Below, piece after piece: positions 1 to 7,937 of a DNA stretch of 24,000 bases (within the stretch, counting starts at the first letter, position 1; each line of letters opens with the position of its first letter). Origin of the DNA: Desulfobacterales bacterium (lineage in GTDB: Bacteria; Desulfobacterota; Desulfobacteria; Desulfobacterales; Desulfobacteraceae); contig JANNUH010000006.1 of assembly GCA_031395015.1 (NCBI GenBank), forward strand, positions 13,082 to 37,081. The letters are read 5' to 3'. Both the position numbers and the translations under genes were made by a program. A model generated the notes under the pieces. That model made no database searches. It was given only the letters and a program-made list of their open reading frames with translations, and was not told the DNA's origin.

Positions 1-2259
1 TCTGATATGATGATATATATCCATCCCGTTAATATCTCCGGGAAGCATATAGTCCAGGCTGACAAGATCATATTTATTTCTTTCTAACAAATCCATTGCA
101 ACCTGACCCTTATTGGCAATATCCACTCTGTGGTTGCAGGGCTCCTGGGTTAATATTCTATACTGCACATCGGCGATGGCCGGTTCATCTTCCACCAGAA
201 GGATATATTTTTCAAAATATGCTTTTCCTTTTCGGATTTCCGTTTTCTCTTCAGGTGTCAATTCTTTATTAATGATTGGCAGGCTGATTATAAATCTGGT
301 CCCTGAGCCGAATTTCGACTCAGTTGAAATACTGCCCTTGTGTTGCTCAATATATTTTTTGACGTTGGACATTCCATAACCGGTCCCTTTAATGCCGGTT
401 TTATATGAGCCTGTTAGATCCCTGCCTCCTTTTAAGGTAAAGGAAGGTTCATAAATATTCTCCAGGTTTTCCTGTGGAATCCCACATCCATTATCCTCAA
501 TTTCAAAGCAGATGAGGTTATCACGGCTGTAGGTTCTAACGGTGATTCTGGGGGATTCAACCCTGCTCAGGGCATGGATGGAATTTTGTATCAGATTCAC
601 AAGGGCGTGCTCGATCATTCCGGGATCGGCAAGCAGTTCCGGCACGCCCGGGCTTTCTTCCTTTTGCAGCTCAATGCCTTCCAGATCCTTTCTCATGAGA
701 TTTAAGACAAGGTCGATTTTTTCGCTGATTCTGAAAAACTCCTGTTTGGGTTCCTGGTCCTTGGCAAAGGCAACCAGGTTTTTGGTCAGGTTTTTACCCC
801 GCTGGGTCTGCTCATATATCAATTCCAGGGTCTTCTTTGTTCTGGGTTCCTGACAATCCAGCACAGCGAGTTCGGTATTGCCCATGATAATGCCCAGGAT
901 ATTATTAAAATCATGGGCCATTTTTCCGGCAATCTTTCCCACAAGGGCCTGCTTTTCATGTTCCCCTGCGGTTTTCTGGGCCATTAATTTCTCCGCCTCA
1001 GCCTTTTTGCGGTCGGTGATATCGATGGTATAACCGGCCAATAAGGTTTTGTCGCCCTGAACAATGGGGAATTTGAGGGTGGTATAGCTTCTGCCGTTCA
1101 GTTCCTCATCCTGTCTGAACAAGTCCCCCTTGGAAACAACAGCCCAGTCGTCGGCCGTTATCTTTGCAGCAAATTCAGGCGGGAATAGATCCTCCATTGC
1201 CCTGCCGATCATCAGGCTGCCTTTAATGCCGATCATTTCCTCAAAATTCTCACTTGCCTGCAGCACAACGCTTTGTGTGGGGCTCACCTCTTTGATATAG
1301 CAGTAAACCGGAGAGTGACGGATAAACAGCGTGAGCAACCCGTTGCTCATCCTGAGTCGATGAATAGCTCCCTGCAATTCAGAGGTTTTTGACCTGACGT
1401 TTCTTCGTAGGGTGATATTAAAAAGAGTGAGTCCTAAAAAAATCAACCCGACAAACAAAAGAAAAAGAAAAATATAATGGAAATATTCCGGCCGGAGAAG
1501 GGGTTCTCCCATCCATTTTTTGTTGATTGCATCGTGTTCCTTTTTAGTAATCAAGGCGAATCCATCCTCCACCATCTTTAGTGTATCGGTCCGGCCTTTT
1601 TTAACGGCCCGGTGAAATTTCCCGGTATAAAGGGTTAAGGAATAGCGGAATTCATTTTCAATATTCATTTTATAGAGATAATAAAGGGCCGGCGGCTTAT
1701 CAATGGAAAAAACTTTGATCTGACCGTCCACTGCCGCCTGAATTATATCTTCATAGCTGTTGAATGTCTTTATGCTGGTAATTCCATTCTTTTCCAATAC
1801 TTCGATACAGGCATCTCCGGCCTTTACTCCGATGGTAAGGCCTTGCAAAGATGCGATATTGACAATCCCCCCAATGTTTTTATTGAAAAAAACAGGAACC
1901 TCTAAGGTTGCATAGGGCTTTGTGAAATCATAAAGTTTCGCTCTCTTTTCCGTAAAAAAAATAGTATCAATCACATCAGCCTGCCCGTTGAGCATGACCT
2001 CCTGGGCTTTGCTCCAGTCCATGGCCATCAGGTTGACCTGTATTCCTGTTTTCTTTTCCCATAATGCCCACTCATCCACCAGAATGCCTTGAATAATTCC
2101 ATTGGAATTTCGGAAAATATAGGGGGGATAATTATCATCAGACACCACGGTAATGGAAGGACTCTTTTTCCCGGCATCTTCGGCTTGTCCGGAGAACGGA
2201 AAAAGGCAGTGCAGCAGTATGCACAGAACCATCAACCCTGAAATTTTATGAATATTCAT
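1..2259 (-). CDS. Hybrid sensor histidine kinase (signal peptide - periplasmic solute-binding SBP_bac_3/PBPb-type domain - TM - PAS - HisKA - HATPase_c - receiver); C-terminus truncated by the left window edge
   Basis: Absent from the supplied ORF track because it has no stop inside the window. I read all 753 plus-strand triplets in frame 1-3, 4-6 ... 2257-2259 and found no tta/cta/tca (minus-strand stops). ATG = cat at 2257-2259; in-frame stop upstream at 2275-2277. Translation starts MNIHKISGLMVLCILLHCLFPFSGQAEDAG (signal-peptide-like). It continues with an amino-acid-binding-protein-like domain (ITVVSDDNYPPYIFRNSNGIIQGILVDEW...), one TM (YFHYIFLFLLFVGLIFLGLTLF), a PAS domain, H-box KMAHDFNNILGII (His codon 913-915), ATP-lid motifs EDNGCGIP and GTGYGMS, and a receiver beginning KYILLVEDEP with acceptor Asp in LVSLDYMLPG (codon 52-54). 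No obvious Shine-Dalgarno before the ATG. Confidence 0.9.
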   Translation of the reverse strand, partial: MNIHKISGLMVLCILLHCLFPFSGQAEDAGKKSPSITVVSDDNYPPYIFRNSNGIIQGILVDEWALWEKKTGIQVNLMAMDWSKAQEVMLNGQADVIDTIFFTEKRAKLYDFTKPYATLEVPVFFNKNIGGIVNIASLQGLTIGVKAGDACIEVLEKNGITSIKTFNSYEDIIQAAVDGQIKVFSIDKPPALYYLYKMNIENEFRYSLTLYTGKFHRAVKKGRTDTLKMVEDGFALITKKEHDAINKKWMGEPLLRPEYFHYIFLFLLFVGLIFLGLTLFNITLRRNVRSKTSELQGAIHRLRMSNGLLTLFIRHSPVYCYIKEVSPTQSVVLQASENFEEMIGIKGSLMIGRAMEDLFPPEFAAKITADDWAVVSKGDLFRQDEELNGRSYTTLKFPIVQGDKTLLAGYTIDITDRKKAEAEKLMAQKTAGEHEKQALVGKIAGKMAHDFNNILGIIMGNTELAVLDCQEPRTKKTLELIYEQTQRGKNLTKNLVAFAKDQEPKQEFFRISEKIDLVLNLMRKDLEGIELQKEESPGVPELLADPGMIEHALVNLIQNSIHALSRVESPRITVRTYSRDNLICFEIEDNGCGIPQENLENIYEPSFTLKGGRDLTGSYKTGIKGTGYGMSNVKKYIEQHKGSISTESKFGSGTRFIISLPIINKELTPEEKTEIRKGKAYFEKYILLVEDEPAIADVQYRILTQEPCNHRVDIANKGQVAMDLLERNKYDLVSLDYMLPGDINGMDIYHHIR

Positions 2260-2523
2260 AATAAAAATAAGAGTTTAACTCTTTCATGTGGTCAAGTAGA
2301 TTCCCTTTTTAAATGCATTGGAACAAAGACCGTTAATCAATCACGCACGTCGCAGGGATAAATCATCTTATGGAAATATTTTATAGTTTATTCAATTGCT
2401 TTGTCAATTGAAAATATCAATCCATTCTGCTAACATTCATCCTGCCGGGGTCAGACTCGGCAGTGAATAATGCATTTGCAGATGGGAAGATCGAATTACC
2501 GGGTATTTTGGAGTAAAAACCTC
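2260..2523. promoter_or_regulatory. AT-rich divergent intergenic region between the minus-strand kinase and the plus-strand flavoprotein gene. Candidate sigma70-type promoter for the plus gene: TTGAAA (2408-2413), 17-nt spacer, TAACAT (2431-2436)
   Basis: 264 bp non-coding between divergent starts (2259 minus, 2524 plus). Hexamers and spacing read directly from the sequence. The -10 matches TATAAT at only 4 of 6 positions. Three phased TCAAT motifs overlap the -35 (see findings). No experimental support. Confidence 0.3.
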
Positions 2524-3087
2524 ATGTTTATTCTTGGAATCAACGGCAGTCCGCGACATAAAGGAAATTCAAATTTTCTCATGTCGCTTTTCATGGAAGA
2601 AATGAAGGAAAAAGGCCATGAGACAGAGGTCCTGAGTGCGGTCCGGCTCAAGATTAATCCCTGCATCGGGTGCGGCCATTGCGAAACTAAAGGGGTTTGC
2701 ATTTTCGACGATGATTTTACTCAAGTTTTTCTTCCGGCCGTTATCAGAGCAGATATTATTGTCCTTTCTTCCCCTGTTTATTTCTATGGGTTTCCCGCAG
2801 CTTTAAAAGCCCTCATCGACCGGATTCAGGTGTTATGGTCCAGAAAATACCGACTGAAATGGGATGAATTCAAGGGACGCAGCCGCAGAGGCGTGCTTCT
2901 GGCGGCAGGGGCAACCCAGGGAAAAGATCTGTTCGACGGATTGAAACTGACGGCCCGGTATTTTTTTGATGCGGCCGACATCCTTTATGCGGCCGACCTC
3001 TGCTACAGGGGCATGGATGAAAAAGGGGCAATGGAAAATCACCCCCTGGTCCATGAAGATGTAAAAAATCTGGTTAAAGGGCTTTAA
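2524..3087 (+). CDS. Iron-sulfur flavoprotein-like NADPH-dependent FMN reductase / flavodoxin-family protein
   Basis: ORF track gives 2470..3087. I prefer ATG 2524 (MFILGINGSPRHKGNS, the usual N-terminus of this family) with GGAG at 2510-2513, 10 nt upstream. Supporting motifs are GINGSPR and the compact Cys cluster CIGCGHCETKGVC, typical of Isf-type proteins, plus SSPVYFYG. Converges on pckG with a 6-bp gap. Confidence 0.8.
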   Translation: MFILGINGSPRHKGNSNFLMSLFMEEMKEKGHETEVLSAVRLKINPCIGCGHCETKGVCIFDDDFTQVFLPAVIRADIIVLSSPVYFYGFPAALKALIDRIQVLWSRKYRLKWDEFKGRSRRGVLLAAGATQGKDLFDGLKLTARYFFDAADILYAADLCYRGMDEKGAMENHPLVHEDVKNLVKGL

Positions 3088-3093
3088 TCATCC

Positions 3094-5052
3094 CTATCCT
3101 GCAAAAACATCGGGAGAAACAATGCAGCCGTGGGCCGCTTTTAATGCCAGAAGCTCTTTTTTCTGCTCTGCAAGGATTCTGGGCAGGGTTTCGGGTAGCC
3201 TTTTTTCCTTGGCATAGGCAGTTTCCTGAAGCTCAATCCGTTTGATGATATTGTCCAGATAAAGGGAGAACTGTTTCACATAAAGGTCTCTGGGATAGTC
3301 TTTATTGATGATATCTTTAAACAAGAATTTCAAATCTTCATATTTCGGGAGATTGCCGATGGGCGTGGACAGAAACCCGATTTCGTCATGGGCATATCTT
3401 TCAAGCCAGGAAAGCCAGACTTTTACATCCCGTTTTTCACCGAGAAGGCTGGAAGAATTCCCGCCCCTGGCCTGATCCGTCAGAAAATAATTGAGTCCGG
3501 CCAGGACGGGTTTATATTCGGGTTTGATCTTACTGCTGCCGAAGAATTTAAACTGGACCGCCATATAATCGGCCAGGGCGCCTGGAATGAACTGGCCATT
3601 GGCCCAGGGAGCCCTTTTGATTCCGGTGGCACCGACTTCCGTGGCTGTTGCGGCTGAAACAATACAGGCGCCGATGACGACACCGGCATCGGAGGTCTTG
3701 GCCACCCAGACCGGGGGCATGGTATCGGCATCCCTTCCGCTGTAGGTAAAAACACGGGTAATGACCCCTTCCGGGTTATCCGCTTCTCTGGAATAATTTT
3801 CAAGGGAGGTTGAGCTTACGGTACAGCGGGAATTGGGATGGGACAAGGGGATGGGTTTGCCCGCGTCATCGGTTTTGCCTTCATGCCAGTCACCTTGAAA
3901 ATTAATGCCTTTTTTCGGAGGGGTTTCATTGTTTCCCACCCAGTGGGGCACCTTGTTTTCATCAATGAGGACATTGGACCAGATCACTTCATGGCCGGGC
4001 TGCCGCAGGACTTTCATGAGCAGGGGATCTCCCTCCTGGTTGACATCCTCCACAATGCCGAAGATCCCGCATTCCGGGTTGATGCTCCGGATGGACCCGT
4101 CTTTGGCGATCCACATCTGGGCCAGGTCATCGCCGATGAACACATTGCCTGCCATGGCCGTGGTGGTTTTTCCGCACCCGCTGGGAGCAGCGCCTGCAAA
4201 CCAGGTGATGCGGCCACCTGGGCCATGAATCCCGGTGATAAACATATGCTCGGACAATTCATTGCCCGGATTGTCATAAACAGCCTTATCCACGGCAAAT
4301 CTGTGATTTCCCTTTTTCAAGAGCAGGGTATTGCCGGCATAGGTGCATTTCCAGGCATAGGTGGTCCGAAATTTACGATCCATGAAAACCCTTGCATCGG
4401 GAAGATCTTCGGTGCGGTTCAGACCTTCGCTGTGAACATTGGTGAAAAAATGTCCCAGGCTGGTGACTTCTTTATCAAAGGCTTCAAAGGCATTTCTATA
4501 AAGAAGTTCCGCACTGTGGGCCACATAGGCGGAGCTGGTGATTTCAAGGGCCGGGTTTGAGGCGGGAGATCCCACAGGACCCCTCATATAAAAGCCGATG
4601 ATCATGGTTTTGTCTTTCATGATATCCGTCAGATTGGATTTGACCTGCAGGAGGGCCGTGGGTCTGTCCATCCGGTTGGCCAGGGAAGAGACCTCATCTT
4701 CAGGGTTTGCAATATAAAATGTCCGGTCAACGATCCTGCCCTGTTCCCTGGCAAGGTCATAATGGATGGTGTGGCCGTCCATGGCAAGGGGTCTTTCTTC
4801 TTTTTTTTCAAGGGCAAGGGTTCTGATGAACTGTTTGTCGCCCAGGGACCCGGTGTTTATAAAAACCGAGCCGGGATTGCAAACAACAATAGAATTGGCA
4901 ATTCTTTTCAGGACTTCAGGATGTCTGATCCGAAGAAGCCGGCTCAGATTTTCTTTGTCCATATATTTTTTAAATATGTCCGCAGCGCTTTTTTCAGAAT
5001 CCACTTTTCCAAGTTCACTGATGATATCCATATCTTTTTCTGTAATCTGCAT
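3094..5052 (-). CDS. pckG: Phosphoenolpyruvate carboxykinase (GTP-dependent family)
   Basis: 660-aa ORF in the track. Family motifs: P-loop AAPSGCGKTT (cf. FPSACGKTN), IGDDLAQMW (cf. GDDIAWM), INPECGIFG and HPNSRCT. Start moved to ATG 5052 (MQITEK...) because GGAGGG (5063-5068 on the minus strand) lies 10 nt upstream. ATG 5076 is the alternative start. Confidence 0.85.
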   Translation of the reverse strand: MQITEKDMDIISELGKVDSEKSAADIFKKYMDKENLSRLLRIRHPEVLKRIANSIVVCNPGSVFINTGSLGDKQFIRTLALEKKEERPLAMDGHTIHYDLAREQGRIVDRTFYIANPEDEVSSLANRMDRPTALLQVKSNLTDIMKDKTMIIGFYMRGPVGSPASNPALEITSSAYVAHSAELLYRNAFEAFDKEVTSLGHFFTNVHSEGLNRTEDLPDARVFMDRKFRTTYAWKCTYAGNTLLLKKGNHRFAVDKAVYDNPGNELSEHMFITGIHGPGGRITWFAGAAPSGCGKTTTAMAGNVFIGDDLAQMWIAKDGSIRSINPECGIFGIVEDVNQEGDPLLMKVLRQPGHEVIWSNVLIDENKVPHWVGNNETPPKKGINFQGDWHEGKTDDAGKPIPLSHPNSRCTVSSTSLENYSREADNPEGVITRVFTYSGRDADTMPPVWVAKTSDAGVVIGACIVSAATATEVGATGIKRAPWANGQFIPGALADYMAVQFKFFGSSKIKPEYKPVLAGLNYFLTDQARGGNSSSLLGEKRDVKVWLSWLERYAHDEIGFLSTPIGNLPKYEDLKFLFKDIINKDYPRDLYVKQFSLYLDNIIKRIELQETAYAKEKRLPETLPRILAEQKKELLALKAAHGCIVSPDVFAG

Positions 5053-5076
5053 TTTGGGTAATCCCTCCAATATCAT

Positions 5077-5230
5077 AAAGGTTAAGGCTTTTTTTAATAT
5101 TAAATTAGTTTCATATAATTATTAGCTTCTTTTTTCAATAGAATAAAGTTCGATTGTGTTTTTGTGATAACCAGTATAAAAACAGGAGGATGGGAAAGGC
5201 GGTAAGAAGGTATTTTAAAAGAAGAGAGAT
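5077..5230. promoter_or_regulatory. AT-rich divergent intergenic region (pckG minus / PHP gene plus), presumed to carry both promoters
   Basis: About 150 bp non-coding and very AT-rich. It contains a TATAAT hexamer on the plus strand at 5114-5119 and a 10-bp palindrome TTAATATTAA at 5094-5103. I could not pair the -10 with a convincing -35, so only the region is called. Confidence 0.3.
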
Positions 5231-6139
5231 ATGAAACGAAAAATCGTTGCGGATTTACACAATCATACCACGTTATCGGACGGCGAATTCACCCCAATAG
5301 AATTGATTGAAAAGGCAAAAGCCATGGGGTTAAAGGCCATCGCCGTCACAGACCACGACACATTAAAGGGTTTGAAATCAGCAATGACCGCCGGGGAAAA
5401 ACTAGGGATCAAAGTGATTCCTGGAGTTGAAATTTCCATCCGTTTCAAGAGATCCTTTTTTACCGGGACCCTTCATCTCTTGTGTTATTTTTCTGTTGAT
5501 ACATTTTCCGATGAAGAATTGATGACGGAAATCACTCTTATCCTTGCCAGGGGAAGAGGGGAGGATCTTGTCCGGGCAAGAGTCAATGAAATCAATCGAT
5601 TTTTCGGCCCCAGGGGGATAACTCCCGTATTACCAAGGGTTATGGAATTTGAGGATATCGCCGGGCAGAGCAATAATGCCACCCGGCGTCATTTTGCCCT
5701 GGCATTGACGGAAACCTTGGGCATCAAAGACAAAAAAACGGTTCACTCGATCATTGGAAATGAAAGCCCTGCCTATCTTCCTTCGGGGGTGGAGCTGGAG
5801 GACGTCCGGGGGCTGATCCGGAAAAAAGGAATTCTTTGCGTCCTTGCACATCCTGCCGCAGGATCATTCCCGGGACCGGGGCATTATAAGGAAGTTCTTC
5901 CTCCCCTGGACACCGTGCTTCAGATTCTGCCGGAATTTCTTGAGGCAGGCATTCACGGCCTGGAGGTCTATTATCCCGGCCACACACAGGCACAGCAGGA
6001 TCATTTAAAAACCCTTGCAGCACAATATCATCTTCTCATCACCGGTGGATCAGACTGCCACGACGGCATGGATCGTCCGACAGGGGTGGAAGGGTTATCC
6101 GAATCAGAATACGAAATATTTAAGGCGGCATTGACATGA
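5231..6139 (+). CDS. PHP-domain metal-dependent phosphoesterase (TrpH/YciV-like)
   Basis: 302-aa ORF. PHP metal-ligand motifs DLHNHTTLSDG, AVTDHDT, GVEIS, LAHP and C-terminal GGSDCHD. Purine-rich stretch AGAAGAGAG directly upstream of the ATG. The stop overlaps the next start (ATGA at 6136-6139). Confidence 0.85.
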   Translation: MKRKIVADLHNHTTLSDGEFTPIELIEKAKAMGLKAIAVTDHDTLKGLKSAMTAGEKLGIKVIPGVEISIRFKRSFFTGTLHLLCYFSVDTFSDEELMTEITLILARGRGEDLVRARVNEINRFFGPRGITPVLPRVMEFEDIAGQSNNATRRHFALALTETLGIKDKKTVHSIIGNESPAYLPSGVELEDVRGLIRKKGILCVLAHPAAGSFPGPGHYKEVLPPLDTVLQILPEFLEAGIHGLEVYYPGHTQAQQDHLKTLAAQYHLLITGGSDCHDGMDRPTGVEGLSESEYEIFKAALT

Positions 6140-6588
6140 GAAGAAAAGAAAGAGAAATCAAGGGCAAAAAAGATATTGAACAGATTTTAATGGACAGCAG
6201 GGTCCTGCGTCTTGCCATGGTGGACAAGGATAAACCCTATCTTGTTCCCATGAATTTCGGTTACAGGGACGGAGCGCTTTATCTGCACAGTGCTTTGGAA
6301 GGAAGAAAAATCGATCTGCTCAAGAATAATCCCTTTGTCTGTTTTGAAGTGGACGAGATCGTCCATTTCAGGAAAGCAAAATCAGCCTGCGACTGGGGCC
6401 TGGAATACAAAAGCGTGATCGGAACCGGCAAAGCCGTTTTCCTTCATACCCTGGATGAAAAAAGGCAGGCCTTTGATATCATCATGGCAAACTATTCCGG
6501 CCGGGAATTTGAATATTCCGATGAAATGCTTGAAAAAACCCTTGCCATCAAGATTGAGATAGAGAATATGACAGGCAAACAATCCTGA
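6136..6588 (+). CDS. Pyridoxamine 5'-phosphate oxidase-family (NimA-like) flavin-binding protein
   Basis: 150-aa ORF. MRRKEREI...VLRLAMVDKDKPYLVPMNFGYRDGALYLHSALEGRKIDLLKNNPFVCFEVD matches the typical N-terminal pattern of the PNPOx-like split-barrel family. It overlaps the PHP gene by 4 nt. Confidence 0.75.
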   Translation: MRRKEREIKGKKDIEQILMDSRVLRLAMVDKDKPYLVPMNFGYRDGALYLHSALEGRKIDLLKNNPFVCFEVDEIVHFRKAKSACDWGLEYKSVIGTGKAVFLHTLDEKRQAFDIIMANYSGREFEYSDEMLEKTLAIKIEIENMTGKQS

Positions 6589-6660
6589 TCAGGGTTTAAA
6601 AGGCAATGTCGCCGGCTTTTTATTTGCTTGAATATTGGAAAATATGGACTGGAGTGCCCT

Positions 6661-7932
6661 ATGAAGATTTTGATTGCCGAAGATGATTATGTTTCAAGAC
6701 TTCTTGTGAAAAAAGCGGTCGAGAAAATCGGCCATGAAGTCATTGAGGCGGAAAACGGAAAGCTTGCCTGGCAATTATTTCTGGACCAGGACCCGGACAT
6801 GGTCATTTCCGACTGGATGATGCCGGAGATGGACGGAATCACCCTTTGCAAAAAGATTCGGTCTTCCGGGAAAAAAACCTATTCCTATATTATCCTGTTG
6901 ACGGCAAAGGACAGGATGACCGATCTTGTGGAAGTGTTTGACGCAGGGGCCGATGATTATATTATCAAGCCCTTTAACCCCGATGAATTGCGCTCACGGA
7001 TCAAGACCGGGGAAAGGATCATCCAACTGGAAGGCAGGCATTATCAATTGCAGGAAGAATTGACCCTCCGGAACAGCAAACTGGACGCAACACTCAAGGA
7101 ATTAAAGACAACCCAGGGCCGAATCCTTCAATCCGAGAAAATGGCTGCCGTTGGCCGGCTTGCCGCGGGTATGGCCCATGAGATCAATAACCCCATCGGA
7201 TTCATCGGCAGCAATCTGGATGCCTTGAAAGACTATATGGGCCATTTGGATGAACTTCTGTCCCGTTACCAGAAATTGTGTAGATTATTGATGGCCGCTC
7301 CGGAGGATAGTCTGAGTGCGGAAATAAAAAATGAAGTCAACGCCATCATACAATTTGAAGAACGGATTGAAATCGACTATCTTAAAAAAGATATTCCTGA
7401 ATTGCTCCATGACTGCAAGGAGGGAACCGAAAGGGTCGGAAAAATAGTTTCAGATCTGAAAAATTTTGCCCATCCGGGCAATGACAGGCAGATGCTGGTG
7501 GATATCAATAAGGGCCTTGAGTCTACCCTGAATATGGTTTGCAGTGAATTGAAATCCAAAGTCACCGTGACCCGTGAGTTCGGGGATATCCCCATGGTTG
7601 AGGGATTTCCCCAGAAATTGAACCAGGTATTCATGAATATCCTCGTCAATGCAGCCCAGGCCATAACGGAAAAGGGGGAAATCAGGATTGAGACAAAAAA
7701 AGAAGGGGATAATGTCATTGTTTCTATTTCAGATACCGGGTGCGGGATTGAGGAAGAACATCTTTCAAAGATATTCGACCCGTTTTTCACGACCAAGGAG
7801 ATTGGCAAGGGAACCGGTCTCGGCATGAACATCGCCTATAATATTATTGAAGAGCACAGGGGAAAAATCAGCATTCAAAGCACAGTGGGCAAGGGCACAA
7901 TATTTACCGTGAGTCTGCCGGGAAAATGTTAA
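6661..7932 (+). CDS. Receiver-histidine kinase (REC - coiled coil - HisKA - HATPase_c), no recognisable sensor domain
   Basis: The track ORF starts at TTG 6628. ATG 6661 (MKILIAEDD) with GGAG at 6651-6654 is preferred. The receiver is canonical: EDD, acceptor D in [14 protein letters not shown] in ILLTAKD, K in IIKPF. H-box [13 protein letters not shown]; N-box NILVNAAQA; G-boxes SDTGCGI and GKGTGLGM. Converges on the FapA-like gene with a 5-bp gap. Confidence 0.9.
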   Translation: MKILIAEDDYVSRLLVKKAVEKIGHEVIEAENGKLAWQLFLDQDPDMVISDWMMPEMDGITLCKKIRSSGKKTYSYIILLTAKDRMTDLVEVFDAGADDYIIKPFNPDELRSRIKTGERIIQLEGRHYQLQEELTLRNSKLDATLKELKTTQGRILQSEKMAAVGRLAAGMAHEINNPIGFIGSNLDALKDYMGHLDELLSRYQKLCRLLMAAPEDSLSAEIKNEVNAIIQFEERIEIDYLKKDIPELLHDCKEGTERVGKIVSDLKNFAHPGNDRQMLVDINKGLESTLNMVCSELKSKVTVTREFGDIPMVEGFPQKLNQVFMNILVNAAQAITEKGEIRIETKKEGDNVIVSISDTGCGIEEEHLSKIFDPFFTTKEIGKGTGLGMNIAYNIIEEHRGKISIQSTVGKGTIFTVSLPGKC

Positions 7933-7937
7933 TAATT

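Noticed and set aside
2470-2523. Upstream ATG 2470 as the start of the flavoprotein gene (adds MHLQMGRSNYRVFWSKNL)
   Set aside because: The extension has no family counterpart and no SD. ATG 2524 gives the family-typical N-terminus and has GGAG upstream.
3838-4560. 240-aa plus-strand ORF and several others inside the pckG region
   Set aside because: They lie antisense to a PEPCK gene with multiple catalytic motifs. They have no motifs of their own.
6581-6625. Possible rho-independent terminator after the PNPOx-family gene (palindrome CCTGATCAGG at 6584-6593; GGC..GCC followed by CTTTTTATTT around 6603-6625)
   Set aside because: The palindrome has no loop and no following U-tract. The element next to the T-tract has only a 3-bp stem. 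This is too weak to call.
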